Shown: piece by piece, positions 39,332 through 50,805 of the stretch
Position numbering within the stretch: the first letter of the stretch is position 1
Layout of the letters: each line of letters starts with the position of its first letter
Source: Clostridia bacterium
GTDB taxonomy: Bacteria; Bacillota; Clostridia; TANB77; CAG-508
Direction: 5' to 3'
NCBI GenBank assembly: GCA_029258515.1
Contig: JARHYK010000001.1
Coordinates: 68,450-132,449, forward strand
Length of the DNA stretch: 64,000 bases
Notes under the pieces: model-generated
Databases searched by the model: none
Told to the model about the DNA's origin: nothing
Seen by the model: the letters and a program-made list of their open reading frames with translations, nothing else
Translations under genes and position numbers: made by a program

Positions 39332-40543
39332 ATGCGTAAATTTGTATGTATAATACTAAATTTCTTAATTATTTTTTCAAGCATAATAGTATTTGCAGAA
39401 AATGATGAATTGAAAATAAAGCAAAAAGAAGTACAAGAACAAATAAATCAAGCCCAAGGAGAATTATCAGAATTAAAAATAGATATGACAGAAAACTTAG
39501 AACAAATACAAAAACTGGATGAAAAAATTGAAAAAGCAGAAAATGAGTTAAAAGAATCTTCTGAACAAGCAGAAAAATTAAAACAAACAATAGAATCAAC
39601 AGAGAAAACATTAAAAGAAGAACAAGAAAAATACTCTAAACAAAAAGAAATATTTGAAGAAAGAATGATAGCTCTTTATGAAGCAGGAGAAACACAATTT
39701 TTAGATGTAATAGTAAGTTCTAGAAACCTATCAGAATTTTTATCATCATACTATGTAATATCTGAAATAGCAGAATCAGATAAAGAATTATTAGATATAA
39801 TAGAAGAAAAAAAGAGAAACATTGAAAATGCAGATAAAAAACTAAAAAAAGAAAAAGAAGAAATGTCAGTAATACTTGAAAGAGAAACAAGAACATCAAA
39901 CATATTAAAGACAACAAAATCTTTTAGAGAAAATTATATAAACAGGCTATCAGAGAAAGAAAAACAAACACAAGAAAAATTAGATGAATATAATAAAACA
40001 TTAAATGAAGTTAATAATCAGATATTAGATTTAGCAAAACAAGGACTAGATACTTCATATATCGGAGGAGAACTAGCTTGGCCAGTACCAGGATATACGA
40101 GAATAAGTTCACCATATGGAATGAGAGTACATCCAATAACAAAAATATACAAACTACACACAGGAGTAGATATATCAGCACCGATGGGAGCAAACTTTGT
40201 AGCAGCAAATGATGGAATTGTAGTTAAAGCAGAATATAATATGGCATATGGGAAAATGGTAATGATAGACCATGGTGGAGGAATTTCTACATTATATGCA
40301 CATGGTTCAGAAATGTTAGTAGAAGTAGGACAAAAAGTAACAAGAAATGAAGCAATATTAAAAGTAGGTTCAACAGGATATTCAACAGGACCACATGCAC
40401 ATTTTGAAGTAAGAAAAAATGGAAAAGTAGTAAATCCAATGCCATATATAACAAATGGCATAGTACCAAATTCTGAAGAAGATAACAAACAAATTCAAGA
40501 AGAAAATAAAACTGAAATCGAAAAAGAAGAACAAAAAAACTAA
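39332..40543 (+). CDS. Coiled-coil plus M23 (LytM) peptidoglycan endopeptidase, EnvC-like; active-site residues intact
   Basis: Signal peptide, long coiled coil, HTGVD...HGSEM...GPHAHFEV. Confidence 0.8.
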   Translation: MRKFVCIILNFLIIFSSIIVFAENDELKIKQKEVQEQINQAQGELSELKIDMTENLEQIQKLDEKIEKAENELKESSEQAEKLKQTIESTEKTLKEEQEKYSKQKEIFEERMIALYEAGETQFLDVIVSSRNLSEFLSSYYVISEIAESDKELLDIIEEKKRNIENADKKLKKEKEEMSVILERETRTSNILKTTKSFRENYINRLSEKEKQTQEKLDEYNKTLNEVNNQILDLAKQGLDTSYIGGELAWPVPGYTRISSPYGMRVHPITKIYKLHTGVDISAPMGANFVAANDGIVVKAEYNMAYGKMVMIDHGGGISTLYAHGSEMLVEVGQKVTRNEAILKVGSTGYSTGPHAHFEVRKNGKVVNPMPYITNGIVPNSEEDNKQIQEENKTEIEKEEQKN

Positions 40544-40576
40544 AATAAATTCCAAAAAGGAAAAAGGGAGGAACTC

Positions 40577-41815
40577 ATGAAAAATACAGGAAAAAAAATA
40601 CTAGGATTATTATTAGTAATTATAATATTAAGTACAAATATGTCATTTGCCTTTAATCAAAAACAATTAGATAATGAAAAAAAATCAAATAATCAACAGA
40701 TAGAAGAAACAAAAAAAGAAAAAGAAAAAATACATGAAATAAAAGATAAAACAGTAAAAGAAGTAGCAAGCTTAGATAAAGAAATAGATAGTTATCAAAG
40801 TGAAATAAATAACCTTGATAGCAAAATATCAAATGCAAATTCAAAGATAGAAGAAACAAATGCAAAAATAAATAAAGCAAAAGAAAACTATGAAAAACAA
40901 CAACAAACATTAGAAGAAAGAATAGTTGCACTATATGAAGCAGGAGAAACTTCGTATTTAGATGTATTATTATCATCAGATAATATTGGAGATTTCATAT
41001 CAAGCTATTACATAATTTCAGAAATAGCAGAAAGTGATACAGAACTATTAAATAGCATAGAAAAAGAAAAAAAAGAAATAGAACGAGCAAAACAAGAACT
41101 AGAAGAAAGTAAAAAAGAACTAACAGAAGTAAAGCAAAATAAAGTAGATGTTTCTAATAAATTAGAAAAAAGTAAAAGTGAAAAATCAAAACGTGTAGAA
41201 GAACTATCAGAGGAAGAAAAAAATCTACAAGCAAAAATAGATGAAATGAGACAAATAAATATAGGAATAGATGCACAAATTCTAAAATATCAACAAGAAC
41301 TTGAAAGAAAAAGAAAAGAAGAAGAAAAGAAAAATCAAAACAATAAAAATGATAAAAATGATAAAAATAACAATACAACCGGAACAAGTAAACCATCAAC
41401 AAATCCAAGTAAAAGCGGATTTATAAATCCAGTTCCATCAGCTTATGCAAAAGTAACAACAGGTTGGTATTATTCAAGTGGAAGATTACATGGAGCTGTG
41501 GATTTTGGAACAAGTGGAATAAATGGACAACCTATATATGCAGTAGCTGATGGATATGTTGTAACTACACAAGCATTAACTACTAGTTATGGAAACTATA
41601 TTTTGATTGCACACGATAATGGACTATATACATTATATGCACATGGACAACTAGGTTCAATAGCAGTATCACAAGGACAAAGAGTAAAACAAGGACAGCA
41701 AATAATGAGAGTAGGAAGTACAGGAAATTCATCAGGACCACATTTACATTTTGAAGTAAGAACAAGCCCAGGAACATATGAAAACAGAAAAAATCCAATA
41801 AATTATTTGCCATAG
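40577..41815 (+). CDS. Second coiled-coil M23 peptidase paralog
   Basis: Same architecture. HGAVDFG...YAHG...GPHLHFEV. Confidence 0.8.
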   Translation: MKNTGKKILGLLLVIIILSTNMSFAFNQKQLDNEKKSNNQQIEETKKEKEKIHEIKDKTVKEVASLDKEIDSYQSEINNLDSKISNANSKIEETNAKINKAKENYEKQQQTLEERIVALYEAGETSYLDVLLSSDNIGDFISSYYIISEIAESDTELLNSIEKEKKEIERAKQELEESKKELTEVKQNKVDVSNKLEKSKSEKSKRVEELSEEEKNLQAKIDEMRQINIGIDAQILKYQQELERKRKEEEKKNQNNKNDKNDKNNNTTGTSKPSTNPSKSGFINPVPSAYAKVTTGWYYSSGRLHGAVDFGTSGINGQPIYAVADGYVVTTQALTTSYGNYILIAHDNGLYTLYAHGQLGSIAVSQGQRVKQGQQIMRVGSTGNSSGPHLHFEVRTSPGTYENRKNPINYLP

Positions 41816-41904
41816 GTATTGACAAAAAATAAATTACATATAATAATAAAAAGGCGGAAAAACAATCCGCCTAAAATTATATAATACAAGAAAGAAGGAT
41901 ATAA

Positions 41905-43107
41905 ATGAATAAAAAAGCATATAAAGTGTACAAAACAATAATGATAATCATACTTACAGCATTTATAACATTTATGATAACAGCAACTGGAATATTTACA
42001 TATCTTCAAAACGGTGGAAAATTATCAGCTATAAATACAAAAGAACAAGGAGATATATCAAAAGAATTATCTAAGTTCAAATTAATGATTGATAAATATT
42101 TTTTAGGAGAAGTAGATGAAAATAAACTAAAAGAAGGAGCAATAAGAGGATATATAGAAGGTTTAGATGATCCATATACAGAATATATTTCAAAAGAAGA
42201 AATGGACGAATATATGCAAGAAGCATTAGGCAACTATGTTGGAATAGGAATATATATGGTAAAAGACAAGCAAACAAACAAAGTAAAAGTATTGACACCA
42301 ATAAAAGGGTCACCAGCTGAAAAAGCAGGACTTTTACCAGATGACTTAATACTAGAAGTAGAAGGAAAAGAATATTCAGCAGATGAAATGGACCAAATGT
42401 CAAATAATATTAAAGGAAAAGAAGGAACTGAAGTTAATTTAAAAATATTAAGAAAAGCAGAAATACTTGATTTTAAAATTAAAAGAGAAAACATAAAAAT
42501 GAACATAGTAGAAGGAAAAGTACTAGAAAATAAAATAGGATATATAAATTTTTCATCATTTGACGAGACAACAGCAGAAGATTTTAAAAATAAATTTGAA
42601 GAATTAAATCGTAAAGGTATAAAATCATTAATAATAGACTTAAGAAACAATGGTGGAGGATTAGTAGATCAAGCATTAAAAATAGCAGATTATGTGACAA
42701 ATAAAAATGATACATTACTATATGAAGTAGACAAAAATAATAATGAAAAAATAAAAAAATCAGAAAATGACCCAATAATCAATATGCCAATAGTAATATT
42801 AACAAATCAAAATACAGCAAGTGCATCTGAAATATTAGCAGGAGCATTAAAAGATTTAGGAAAAGCAAAAATAGTAGGAACAAAAACATTTGGAAAAGGA
42901 GTTATTCAACAGATATTATCCTTAAGAGATGGAAGTGGATTAAAAATTACGGTAGAAGAATATCAAACACCAAACCATAATAAGATTAATAAAGTTGGAA
43001 TTGAACCAGATGAAAAAGTGGAATTAAAAGAAGAATATAAAAACAAATTAATTATACCAGAAAATGAAGATACACAACTAAAAAAAGCAATAGAAATTTT
43101 AAAATAG
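41905..43107 (+). CDS. ctpA: Carboxy-terminal processing protease (S41) with a PDZ domain
   Basis: PDZ. GLIIDLRNNGGG. Catalytic Ser in TNQNTASASEILAGALKD. Confidence 0.85.
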   Translation: MNKKAYKVYKTIMIIILTAFITFMITATGIFTYLQNGGKLSAINTKEQGDISKELSKFKLMIDKYFLGEVDENKLKEGAIRGYIEGLDDPYTEYISKEEMDEYMQEALGNYVGIGIYMVKDKQTNKVKVLTPIKGSPAEKAGLLPDDLILEVEGKEYSADEMDQMSNNIKGKEGTEVNLKILRKAEILDFKIKRENIKMNIVEGKVLENKIGYINFSSFDETTAEDFKNKFEELNRKGIKSLIIDLRNNGGGLVDQALKIADYVTNKNDTLLYEVDKNNNEKIKKSENDPIINMPIVILTNQNTASASEILAGALKDLGKAKIVGTKTFGKGVIQQILSLRDGSGLKITVEEYQTPNHNKINKVGIEPDEKVELKEEYKNKLIIPENEDTQLKKAIEILK

Positions 43108-43122
43108 AAGGGTGATAAAAAA

Positions 43123-43716
43123 ATGAACTTACCAAATAAATTAACAATAATTAGAATACTGTTAGTACCAATAATGGTAATAATACCATTTTTCAATATA
43201 GAAACAAAAATAGCAGGAATACCATTAACATATTTATTAGTTGACCTAATATTTATACTAGCATCAATAACAGACAAATTAGATGGATACCTAGCAAGAA
43301 GCAGAAATCAAGTAACAACATTTGGAAAATTTCTAGATCCGCTAGCAGATAAAATTTTAGTACTATCTGCAATGGTAATGTTAGTAGAAATGGGAAAAAT
43401 ACCAGCATGGATACCAATAATTGTATTAGCAAGAGAATTTGTAGTATCAGGATATAGATTAATAGCAGTAGAAAAAGGTGGAAAAGTAATTGCTGCTTCA
43501 AAATGGGGAAAATTAAAAACAGTAACACAAATGACCGCAATAATTTTAGCATTTTTAGATAGCAACGAATTTGGAAAATGTTTTTCAGGGGTATTGGCAG
43601 GTTCAGACTTAGTACTAAATTTTGTTGTAACCATAATGATGATTATCCAAGTAATAGCGACAATATTTTCAGGAATTGACTATTTAAAAGGTGGAAAAAA
43701 ATTATTAAAAGATTAA
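43123..43716 (+). CDS. pgsA: CDP-diacylglycerol--glycerol-3-phosphate 3-phosphatidyltransferase
   Basis: CDP-alcohol phosphatidyltransferase motif DKLDGYLAR...G...DPLADK. Confidence 0.8.
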   Translation: MNLPNKLTIIRILLVPIMVIIPFFNIETKIAGIPLTYLLVDLIFILASITDKLDGYLARSRNQVTTFGKFLDPLADKILVLSAMVMLVEMGKIPAWIPIIVLAREFVVSGYRLIAVEKGGKVIAASKWGKLKTVTQMTAIILAFLDSNEFGKCFSGVLAGSDLVLNFVVTIMMIIQVIATIFSGIDYLKGGKKLLKD

Positions 43717-43811
43717 AAATGGGTATAATATTTAAAATAACTTGACAAATTAAAAAAACTAGCTTAATATATATAAAGATTTTAAAACAAAATGAAAGGA
43801 AGTAAAAAACA

Positions 43812-44288
43812 ATGGAAGAGAAAGAAGTTATCTTAACACAAGAAGGATACGATAAGTTAGAAGAAGAATTAAACTATTTAAAAACAGAAAAAAGAGCAGA
43901 AATTGCAGATAGAATAAAAGTAGCTTTAGGATTTGGAGATTTATCAGAAAACTCTGAATACGATGAAGCAAAAAATGCACAAGCAAAAAACGAAGTTAAA
44001 ATTGCAGAATTAGAAAATAAAGTAAGACATGCAAAAATTATAGATGAAAGTGAAATTGATACTGAAACAGTACAAATAGGAAATGTTGTAAAAGTTCATG
44101 ATTTATCATTTGATGAAAAAATTGAATATACAATAGTAGGATCAACAGAAGTTAATCTATTAGAAAACAAAATATCTAATGAATCTCCTTTAGGAGCAGC
44201 TCTTTTAGGTGCTAGAAAAAACCAAACAGTAGAAGTAAATGCACCAGCAGGAATTATGAAATATAAAATTTTATCAATTGAAAAATAA
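43812..44288 (+). CDS. greA: Transcription elongation factor GreA
   Basis: 158 aa. Coiled-coil N-terminus plus FKBP-like C-terminus. Confidence 0.9.
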   Translation: MEEKEVILTQEGYDKLEEELNYLKTEKRAEIADRIKVALGFGDLSENSEYDEAKNAQAKNEVKIAELENKVRHAKIIDESEIDTETVQIGNVVKVHDLSFDEKIEYTIVGSTEVNLLENKISNESPLGAALLGARKNQTVEVNAPAGIMKYKILSIEK

Positions 44289-44338
44289 ATATAATAATAA
44301 AGCACAACTAATATATATAGTTGTGCTTTTAAAAAATG

Positions 44339-45064
44339 TTAATTTAACTCTAATGAACTTTCCAAAGCCAATTTAATCATATTATTTAATCCAGTTTGTC
44401 TTTCTTCAGGAGTTGCAATTTCTTTAATAAACTTAGAATCAACAACACTCATTAAACAAGACGCATTTTTATTTAATATTTTAGCAACATAAAATAAGGC
44501 AAAAGCTTCCATTTCAGCACTATAAGGATTAAACCCATCAGGAATTCTTTTTAAAAACTCATCAACATTAGCCATATAAACATCAAAACAATCAGCGCAA
44601 ATAGTATTACCTTCAAAAATTTTAATATTATTATTTTCAGCAGTATTTTTAATAACAGAGTTTAAAAATTCACTTCCATCAACTTCATGGCAGTCATCAT
44701 TATTTAAAGTTAAAGCAAAATTTCCTTCTGAAAAAACTCTCTTAGAAAGAACAATATTAAAGAGTTTTAGTTCTGGTAAATAACCTCCACAAGAACCAAT
44801 TCTAATAATATTTTCAACATCATAAAATTTATAAAGTTCATAAGCATAAATTCCCATACTAGGCATTCCCATACCAGAAGCCATAACAGTAATTTTTTTT
44901 CCTTTATAAAATCCAGTGTATGCATACATTCCTCTTACTTTATTAACCAAAGTATAATCCTCTAAAAAATTTTCGGCAATATATTTAGCACGTAAAGGAT
45001 CTCCTGGCATAATAACAGTCTTTGCGATATCACCTAAATTTGCTTCGTTATGTGGTGTAGACAT
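44339..45064 (-). CDS. deoD: Purine nucleoside phosphorylase, DeoD-type
   Basis: MSTPHNEANLGDIAKTVIMPGDPLRAKYIA...GMGMPSMGIYAYEL. Confidence 0.85.
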   Translation of the reverse strand: MSTPHNEANLGDIAKTVIMPGDPLRAKYIAENFLEDYTLVNKVRGMYAYTGFYKGKKITVMASGMGMPSMGIYAYELYKFYDVENIIRIGSCGGYLPELKLFNIVLSKRVFSEGNFALTLNNDDCHEVDGSEFLNSVIKNTAENNNIKIFEGNTICADCFDVYMANVDEFLKRIPDGFNPYSAEMEAFALFYVAKILNKNASCLMSVVDSKFIKEIATPEERQTGLNNMIKLALESSLELN

Positions 45065-45204
45065 ATATAAAAACCTCCTTTAATTAACATTTAAACAATG
45101 TTCATAATTTATGTTATTATATCATAAAATTTATAAAAATCAATTGCAAAAAACATATAATTGTGATATAAATTAAATAATAATAAAAATAATGAGGTGA
45201 AAAA

Positions 45205-45942
45205 ATGATAAAGGCATATGCTAAATCCGATCCAGGCAAAGTCAGAGAGATGAACCAAGATAGCTACTATATATCACAATCATTAGATGAAGTTCAGCTA
45301 TATATGCTAGCAGATGGAATGGGCGGATATAAAGGAGGAGAGATAGCAAGTAAACTAGCTATCCAATCAGCTAAAAGCTATATACAAAATAATTTCAAAG
45401 AAATTCCAAAAGATAGAGATAGTATAATTCAACTACTTGCAAGTAGTATGGAATATGCAAACATGGTAGTATATGAAAAATCAAAAGAAGACAAAGAATT
45501 AGAAAATATGGGAACAACATTAGAAATAGTACTAGTATATGGAAACAAAGCATTTATAGGGCACATTGGAGATAGCAGAATATATAGAATAAGAAAATCA
45601 TTTATAAGAAAACTAACACAAGATCATAGTTATGTGCAAAAATTAGTAAAAGATGGTACTATAACACAAGAAGAAGCAAAACACCATCCACAAAAAAATA
45701 TGTTAATGAAAGCATTAGGATGTAATGCTTTTATTGAACCAGATATATTAGTAAGAGGATTTCTAAAAGAGGATGTCTATATAATGTGTTCAGATGGATT
45801 AAGCAATTTAGTAGAACAAGAGGAAATGTATGATATAGTTTTGAAAAATAATATAGAGCAAGCACCAAAAGAATTTGTAGAATTAGCAAATGAAAGAGGT
45901 GGCTATGACAATATAACTGTAGCAGTAATAAAAAATATATAG
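45205..45942 (+). CDS. stp: PP2C-family Ser/Thr phosphatase (Stp/PrpC)
   Basis: DGMGG, GTT, DG motifs. 245 aa. Upstream of prkC. Confidence 0.85.
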   Translation: MIKAYAKSDPGKVREMNQDSYYISQSLDEVQLYMLADGMGGYKGGEIASKLAIQSAKSYIQNNFKEIPKDRDSIIQLLASSMEYANMVVYEKSKEDKELENMGTTLEIVLVYGNKAFIGHIGDSRIYRIRKSFIRKLTQDHSYVQKLVKDGTITQEEAKHHPQKNMLMKALGCNAFIEPDILVRGFLKEDVYIMCSDGLSNLVEQEEMYDIVLKNNIEQAPKEFVELANERGGYDNITVAVIKNI

Positions 45943-45980
45943 CTACTAGGTAAAAAACGAGAAATTAAGGAGAGATAAAA

Positions 45981-47958
45981 ATGATTCTAGAAGGTAAAGT
46001 ATTAGGAAATCGTTATGAAATAATACAAAAAGTAGGAAATGGACGGAATGGCAATAGTATACAAAGCACGAGATATAGTACTTAATAGAAATGTAGCAGT
46101 AAAAGTTTTAAGAGATGAATTCACAACAGATGAAGAATTTATAAGAAGATTTGAAACAGAAGCACAATCAGCAGCAAGATTAACACATGCAAATATAGTA
46201 TCAATATTTGACGTAGGAGTAGATAATGGGATTTACTATATCGTAATGGAATTAATACACGGAAAAACTTTAAAAGAAATAATAGTAGAAGAAAATGGAC
46301 CATTACCATGGAAATGGTCAATAAATGTAGCAATACAAATAGCACAAGCATTAGATATGGCACATAAAAATAATATTATCCATAGAGATATAAAACCACA
46401 TAATATAATAATAACAGAAGACGGAGTAGCAAAAGTAACAGACTTTGGAATAGCAAAGGCAGTTTCAAATTCAACAATAACAGCATTCGGTACAACAATA
46501 GGATCAGTACACTATTTCTCACCAGAACATGCAAGAGGAGGATTTACAGATGTAAAATCAGACATATATTCTTTAGGAGTAGTAATGTATGAAATGCTAA
46601 CAGGAAAAGTACCATTTGATGCAGATACACCAGTATCAGTGGCATTAAAACATATGCAAGAAGAACCAGTAGAACCAAAAAAATTAAATCCACATATTCC
46701 AGAATCAATAAATAAAATAATAATGAAAACATTACAAAAAGATCCATTATTAAGATATCAAACAAGTATGGAATTATTAGTAGATTTAAAACAAGCATTA
46801 AAAAATCCAAAAGGAGATTTTGTAGAAGAACTAGAATATGATGAAACAGCTAAAACACAAAAAATCCAAACAAATATGTATGAAAAAAATAAAAGCAGAA
46901 ATGCTCGCGCAAACAAAAAAGAAAATAAATTAAAAAAATTTATTAAAGAACATAAAAAACTAAGTATAGTTATAGGACTAATACTACTATTTTTCATAGC
47001 ATTTGGTGGAACAATGTTAGTATTAAATATAACAAATCCAAAAGAAGTAGATTTGCCAAACATTGTAGGATTATCAAAAGAAGAAGCAGAAGAACAAATA
47101 AAAAAAGCAAAATTAAAATATGAAGTAGAAAAAGAAGAATTTGATTTAGAAGTACCAGAAGGATATATAATAAGTCAAGATCCACCATATTCAGAAAAAT
47201 ATCACTCAGTAAAACAAGGAAGCACTGTAAAAGTAGTAATAAGCAAGGGAACAGAAAAAACTAAAGTTCCAAAAGTAGTTGGCAAAAAGCAAGATGAAGC
47301 AATAGAAGAATTAGAAAAAGCAAAATTAAAAGCAGAAATAATAGAAGAAACAAGTAGAAAAGTACAAGTAGGATATGTAATAAAACAAGACATAAAAGAA
47401 GATACAGAAGTTTTAGCAGGAGATACTATAAAAATCCATGTAAGTATTGGAACAGGAATAAAAGAAGTAACAATGATAAATGTTACAAACAAACAAGAAG
47501 AACAAGCTAAAAAAGAATTAGAAAATTTAGGATTAAAAGTATCAGTAGTCTATGAAGATAACAAATCAAATGAAAATGGAATAGTTCTAAAACAAAGTAT
47601 AGATCAAGGAAAAGTAATTGAAGAAGGTACAACTGTCACATTAACAGTAAATAAAAAAGAAGAAACTAAAAAAGCAACAGTAACTATTAATGTTAAGTCA
47701 ATAACAGGAGGATATAAAGAAGAAAAGCCAACAGAAAACAAAACAGATGAAACATCATCAAATATTGAAAAAACTGTACAAGTGGAACTAAAAGTAAATA
47801 ATACAGTTTTCTATGCAGATTCAAAAGCAGATAAAAATAAAACAATAAATAATATAGAAATATCAGGAAAAGGAATGGCAACAGTTCAATTAAAAATAGG
47901 ACAAAAATTAATGACTAAAACAATAGACTTTAATACAACAAATCATATTGAATTTTAA
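45981..47958 (+). CDS. prkC: Ser/Thr protein kinase PrkC with three PASTA domains; a +1 frameshift at CGG 46044-46046 separates the first 21 codons from the rest
   Basis: The 0 frame from ATG 45981 reads MILEGKVLGNRYEIIQKVGNG-R-NGNSIQ...* . Skipping C46044 gives the canonical KVGNGGMAIVYKARD glycine loop. Kinase motifs HRDIKPHN, DFG. Three PASTA repeats. The listed ORF 46039 is the downstream frame only. Confidence 0.8.
46044..46046 (+). other. In-frame CGG codon at a +1 frameshift junction (site 2 of 4)
   Basis: gga aat gga CGG aat ggc ... in the 0 frame. gga [c] gga atg gca restores the kinase. Confidence 0.7.
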
Positions 47959-48027
47959 TAATATAAAAAATAATAAGCCTTAAGCTCTAATTCAGGGCTT
48001 AAGGTCTTTATAAAAAGGAGGAATTAA

Positions 48028-48912
48028 TTGAAAGAAGGACTAATTACCCAAAATATATCTAACATATATATAGTAAAAGTAGATAATGAAGAATATGAAA
48101 CAGTAGCAAGAGGAAAATTAAAAAATGACGCAATTACACCAATAGTCGGAGATTATGTTAAAATATCAAACATAGATGAAGAAAATAAAAAAGCAGTAAT
48201 TGAAGAAATTTGTCCTAGAAAAGTCTATATAAAAAGACCAAAACTTGCAAATATAACTCAGCTAATATTAGTAGTTTCTAGCAAAAATCCTAAGCCCGAT
48301 TTATTACTATTGGATAAACAGTTAGCATTTGCTAAATACTTAGGAATAAAAAGCTTAATTGTATTAAATAAAGTTGATTTAGATAAAAAAGAAGAATTTA
48401 AAGAAATAAAAAAAATATATCAAAATATTGGGTATAAAGTAATAGAAGCAGAAGCAAAAAATAAAATTGGAATAGAAGAACTAAAAAAAGAATTACAAGG
48501 AAATATAAATGCTTTTTCAGGAAATTCAGGAGTAGGAAAATCAACTTTAATAAATGGAATCTTCAATAAAGATTTAACCCAAGAAGGAGAAATAAGTAAA
48601 AAGAATAAAAAAGGTAAAAATACTACAACTGCAATAAAACTATATGAAATAGATAAAAATACATACATAGCAGATACACCAGGATTTGCAACTTTTGAAA
48701 TAACAGAAATAGAGGCAAAAGACTTATATAAATATTTTATAGAATTTAATGAATATGTAGATAATTGCGAATTTGTAGGTTGTACTCATATAAAAGAAGA
48801 AAACTGTGGAATAAAAGAAGCGGTTAAAAACGAAGAAATATCAAAAGAAAGATATGAAAGATTTTGTAAAATATACGAAAATTTAAAAGAAAAGGAGAAA
48901 AGAAAATGGTAG
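48028..48912 (+). CDS. rsgA: Ribosome small-subunit biogenesis GTPase RsgA
   Basis: Circularly permuted GTPase (GNSGVGKST). C-terminal Zn finger CEFVGCTH..C. Confidence 0.9.
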   Translation: MKEGLITQNISNIYIVKVDNEEYETVARGKLKNDAITPIVGDYVKISNIDEENKKAVIEEICPRKVYIKRPKLANITQLILVVSSKNPKPDLLLLDKQLAFAKYLGIKSLIVLNKVDLDKKEEFKEIKKIYQNIGYKVIEAEAKNKIGIEELKKELQGNINAFSGNSGVGKSTLINGIFNKDLTQEGEISKKNKKGKNTTTAIKLYEIDKNTYIADTPGFATFEITEIEAKDLYKYFIEFNEYVDNCEFVGCTHIKEENCGIKEAVKNEEISKERYERFCKIYENLKEKEKRKW

Positions 48913-49565
48913 AAGTATCAACATCAATATTATCAGTAAAAAAGGGAGAAGAAGCAGAAGTATTTTTGACATTAGAAAAATCAAAAACAGATTATTTCCA
49001 TATAGATGTAATGGATGGAAAATTTGTAGAAAAAGATACATATCAAAAAATGCTAGAATATGCAGAATATATAAAAAGATTATCAAACTTACCTTTGGAT
49101 ATACATTTGATGATAGAAGATGTAGAAAAAGGGATAAAAGAATTTGGAGATATAGAACCTAATATGATAACATTTCACTACGAGGCTTGCAAAAATAAAG
49201 AAGAAGTTATGAAATATATTAGTAAAATAAAAGATATACATTGTAAGGTTGGGATAAGCATAAAACCAGAAACAAAAATAGAAGAAATCTATGATTTTTT
49301 GCCATACATTCATAATGTATTAATAATGACAGTAGAACCAGGAAAAGGTGGACAAACATATTTAAAAGAAATGACAAAAAAAATAGAAAATTTAAAAAAA
49401 TATATAGATGAAAAAAAACTAGAAATAGATATAGAAGTAGATGGTGGAATTAATTTAAACACAATGGAAGAAGTAAAAAAAGCAGGTGCCAACATATTAG
49501 TAGCAGGAACAGCAATACTAAAAGCAAGAGATTATAGCCAGATAATCAAAGAGTTAAAGAAGTAA
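48906..49565 (+). CDS. rpe: Ribulose-phosphate 3-epimerase
   Basis: SILS...HIDVMDG...HLM...VDGG. 219 aa. Confidence 0.9.
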   Translation: MVEVSTSILSVKKGEEAEVFLTLEKSKTDYFHIDVMDGKFVEKDTYQKMLEYAEYIKRLSNLPLDIHLMIEDVEKGIKEFGDIEPNMITFHYEACKNKEEVMKYISKIKDIHCKVGISIKPETKIEEIYDFLPYIHNVLIMTVEPGKGGQTYLKEMTKKIENLKKYIDEKKLEIDIEVDGGINLNTMEEVKKAGANILVAGTAILKARDYSQIIKELKK

Positions 49566-49596
49566 CCATTTTTGGAACATTCTTAAAAAGAATCAC
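49566..49596. repeat. Palindromic interspersed repeat copy (degenerate) immediately after the rpe stop
   Basis: ccatttttggaacattcttaaaaagaatcac. Confidence 0.5.
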
Positions 49597-49615
49597 TTTA
49601 TAAAAAATAAAAATA

Positions 49616-49646
49616 ACGAGAACAAAAATTCTCGTTATTTTTTTTA
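49616..49646 (+). terminator. Rho-independent terminator after rpe
   Basis: acgagaa-caaaaa-ttctcgt plus T9. Confidence 0.7.
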
Positions 49647-49661
49647 TAATTATTTAAGACT

Positions 49662-49691
49662 GATCCTTTTTAAGAACATCCAAAAAAGGAT
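49662..49691. repeat. Palindromic interspersed repeat copy
   Basis: gatcctttttaagaacatccaaaaaaggat. Confidence 0.65.
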
Positions 49692-49868
49692 TACAAGGAA
49701 TAAAATATGCACAATCAGAGTTTTTAGCAACATTTGACATACATACTATATTATATGAACATTTTCCATCTCTTTGATATATGCAATTTTGAGAACAATT
49801 AATATTAGTCAAAAAAATCACTTCCAAAACTAAATAATTCATTTATAGTATATCTAGTTAAAAAATAT

Positions 49869-50508
49869 TTATGCATTATTAATTTTGTAATATTTGCAAT
49901 ATGATTTTATAGGACAAGAATTGCATTGAGGCTTTCTAGCAATACAAGTATTTCGCCCATGCCAGACAAATAAGTGATTAATATAGCGAAGCAAATCTTT
50001 AGGAAAAATTTTTATTAAATCTTGTTCTATTTTTAGAGGTTCATTTTCATTAGATAAACCCATCAAATTAGAAATTCTTTTAGCGTGTGTATCAACAGCA
50101 ATTCCATTTGCAATACCATAGACTTCTAATAAAATAACATTTGCAGATTTTCTACCGAACACCAGCTAAAGTTAATAAATCTTTCATATTATTTGGAACA
50201 ACACCATTAAAGTTTTTAGAAATTTGTTCAGCACATAATTTTATATTTTTTGCTTTATTTTTATAAAATCCACATGGATAAATAATTTTTTCTAATTCAT
50301 GAATATCAATATCAATATAATCTTCTAAAGTTTTACATCTATCAAAAAGAATAGGAGTTGTTTTATTTACACGTTCATCAGTACATTGTGCAGAAAGCAT
50401 AACCGAAACAACCATTTCAAAAGGAGTAGTAAAATCTAAACTGCATTTAGCATCTGGATATGCTTCTTGCAATAATTCAACTATTTTTTTTCCATCTTTT
50501 TTTGTCAT
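49869..50508 (-). CDS. nth: Endonuclease III (Nth) interrupted by a +1 frameshift at an in-frame CGG (minus strand; plus coordinates 50155-50157)
   Basis: N-terminal ORF ...LAGVR* and C-terminal ORF (F)GRKSANVILLE... overlap. Skipping the C gives the conserved LAGVGRKSANV helix-hairpin-helix motif. C-terminal 4Fe-4S cluster C-x6-C-x2-C-x5-C present. Confidence 0.8.
50155..50157 (-). other. In-frame CGG codon at a +1 frameshift junction (site 3 of 4)
   Basis: Minus strand gct ggt gtt CGG tag. gtt [c] ggt aga aaa restores the frame. The heptamer CGGTAGA is identical to the feoB site. Confidence 0.7.
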
Positions 50509-50632
50509 AATCTATCATCTCCTAGAATAATTTTATAATATTTTTAAAAAATGGTCAATATCTAATTTGACATAAATAGTAACATATAAAATAAAAATGA
50601 ATAAAATATACTAAAAGGAAAGGAAGGATAAC

Positions 50633-50782
50633 ATGTTTCATTTATTAAGAAAAACAATAGGGGTTTGTTTAATAGGAATAGGGTTAGGCATATTACTTGT
50701 GTTATTGCTTCCAATAACAGGTTGGCTATTTATAATAGGAGTAGCTCTTGCATGTGTTGGATTAATGTGGCTTGCATGTTAA
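50633..50782 (+). CDS. Small two-TM membrane protein (49 aa), not in the ORF track
   Basis: ATG with RBS AAAGGAAAGGAAGG. MFHLLRKTIGVCLIGIGLGILLVLLLPITGWLFIIGVALACVGLMWLAC. Confidence 0.35.
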   Translation: MFHLLRKTIGVCLIGIGLGILLVLLLPITGWLFIIGVALACVGLMWLAC

Positions 50783-50805
50783 AATAAAAGGAGGGAGTAC
50801 ATAAA

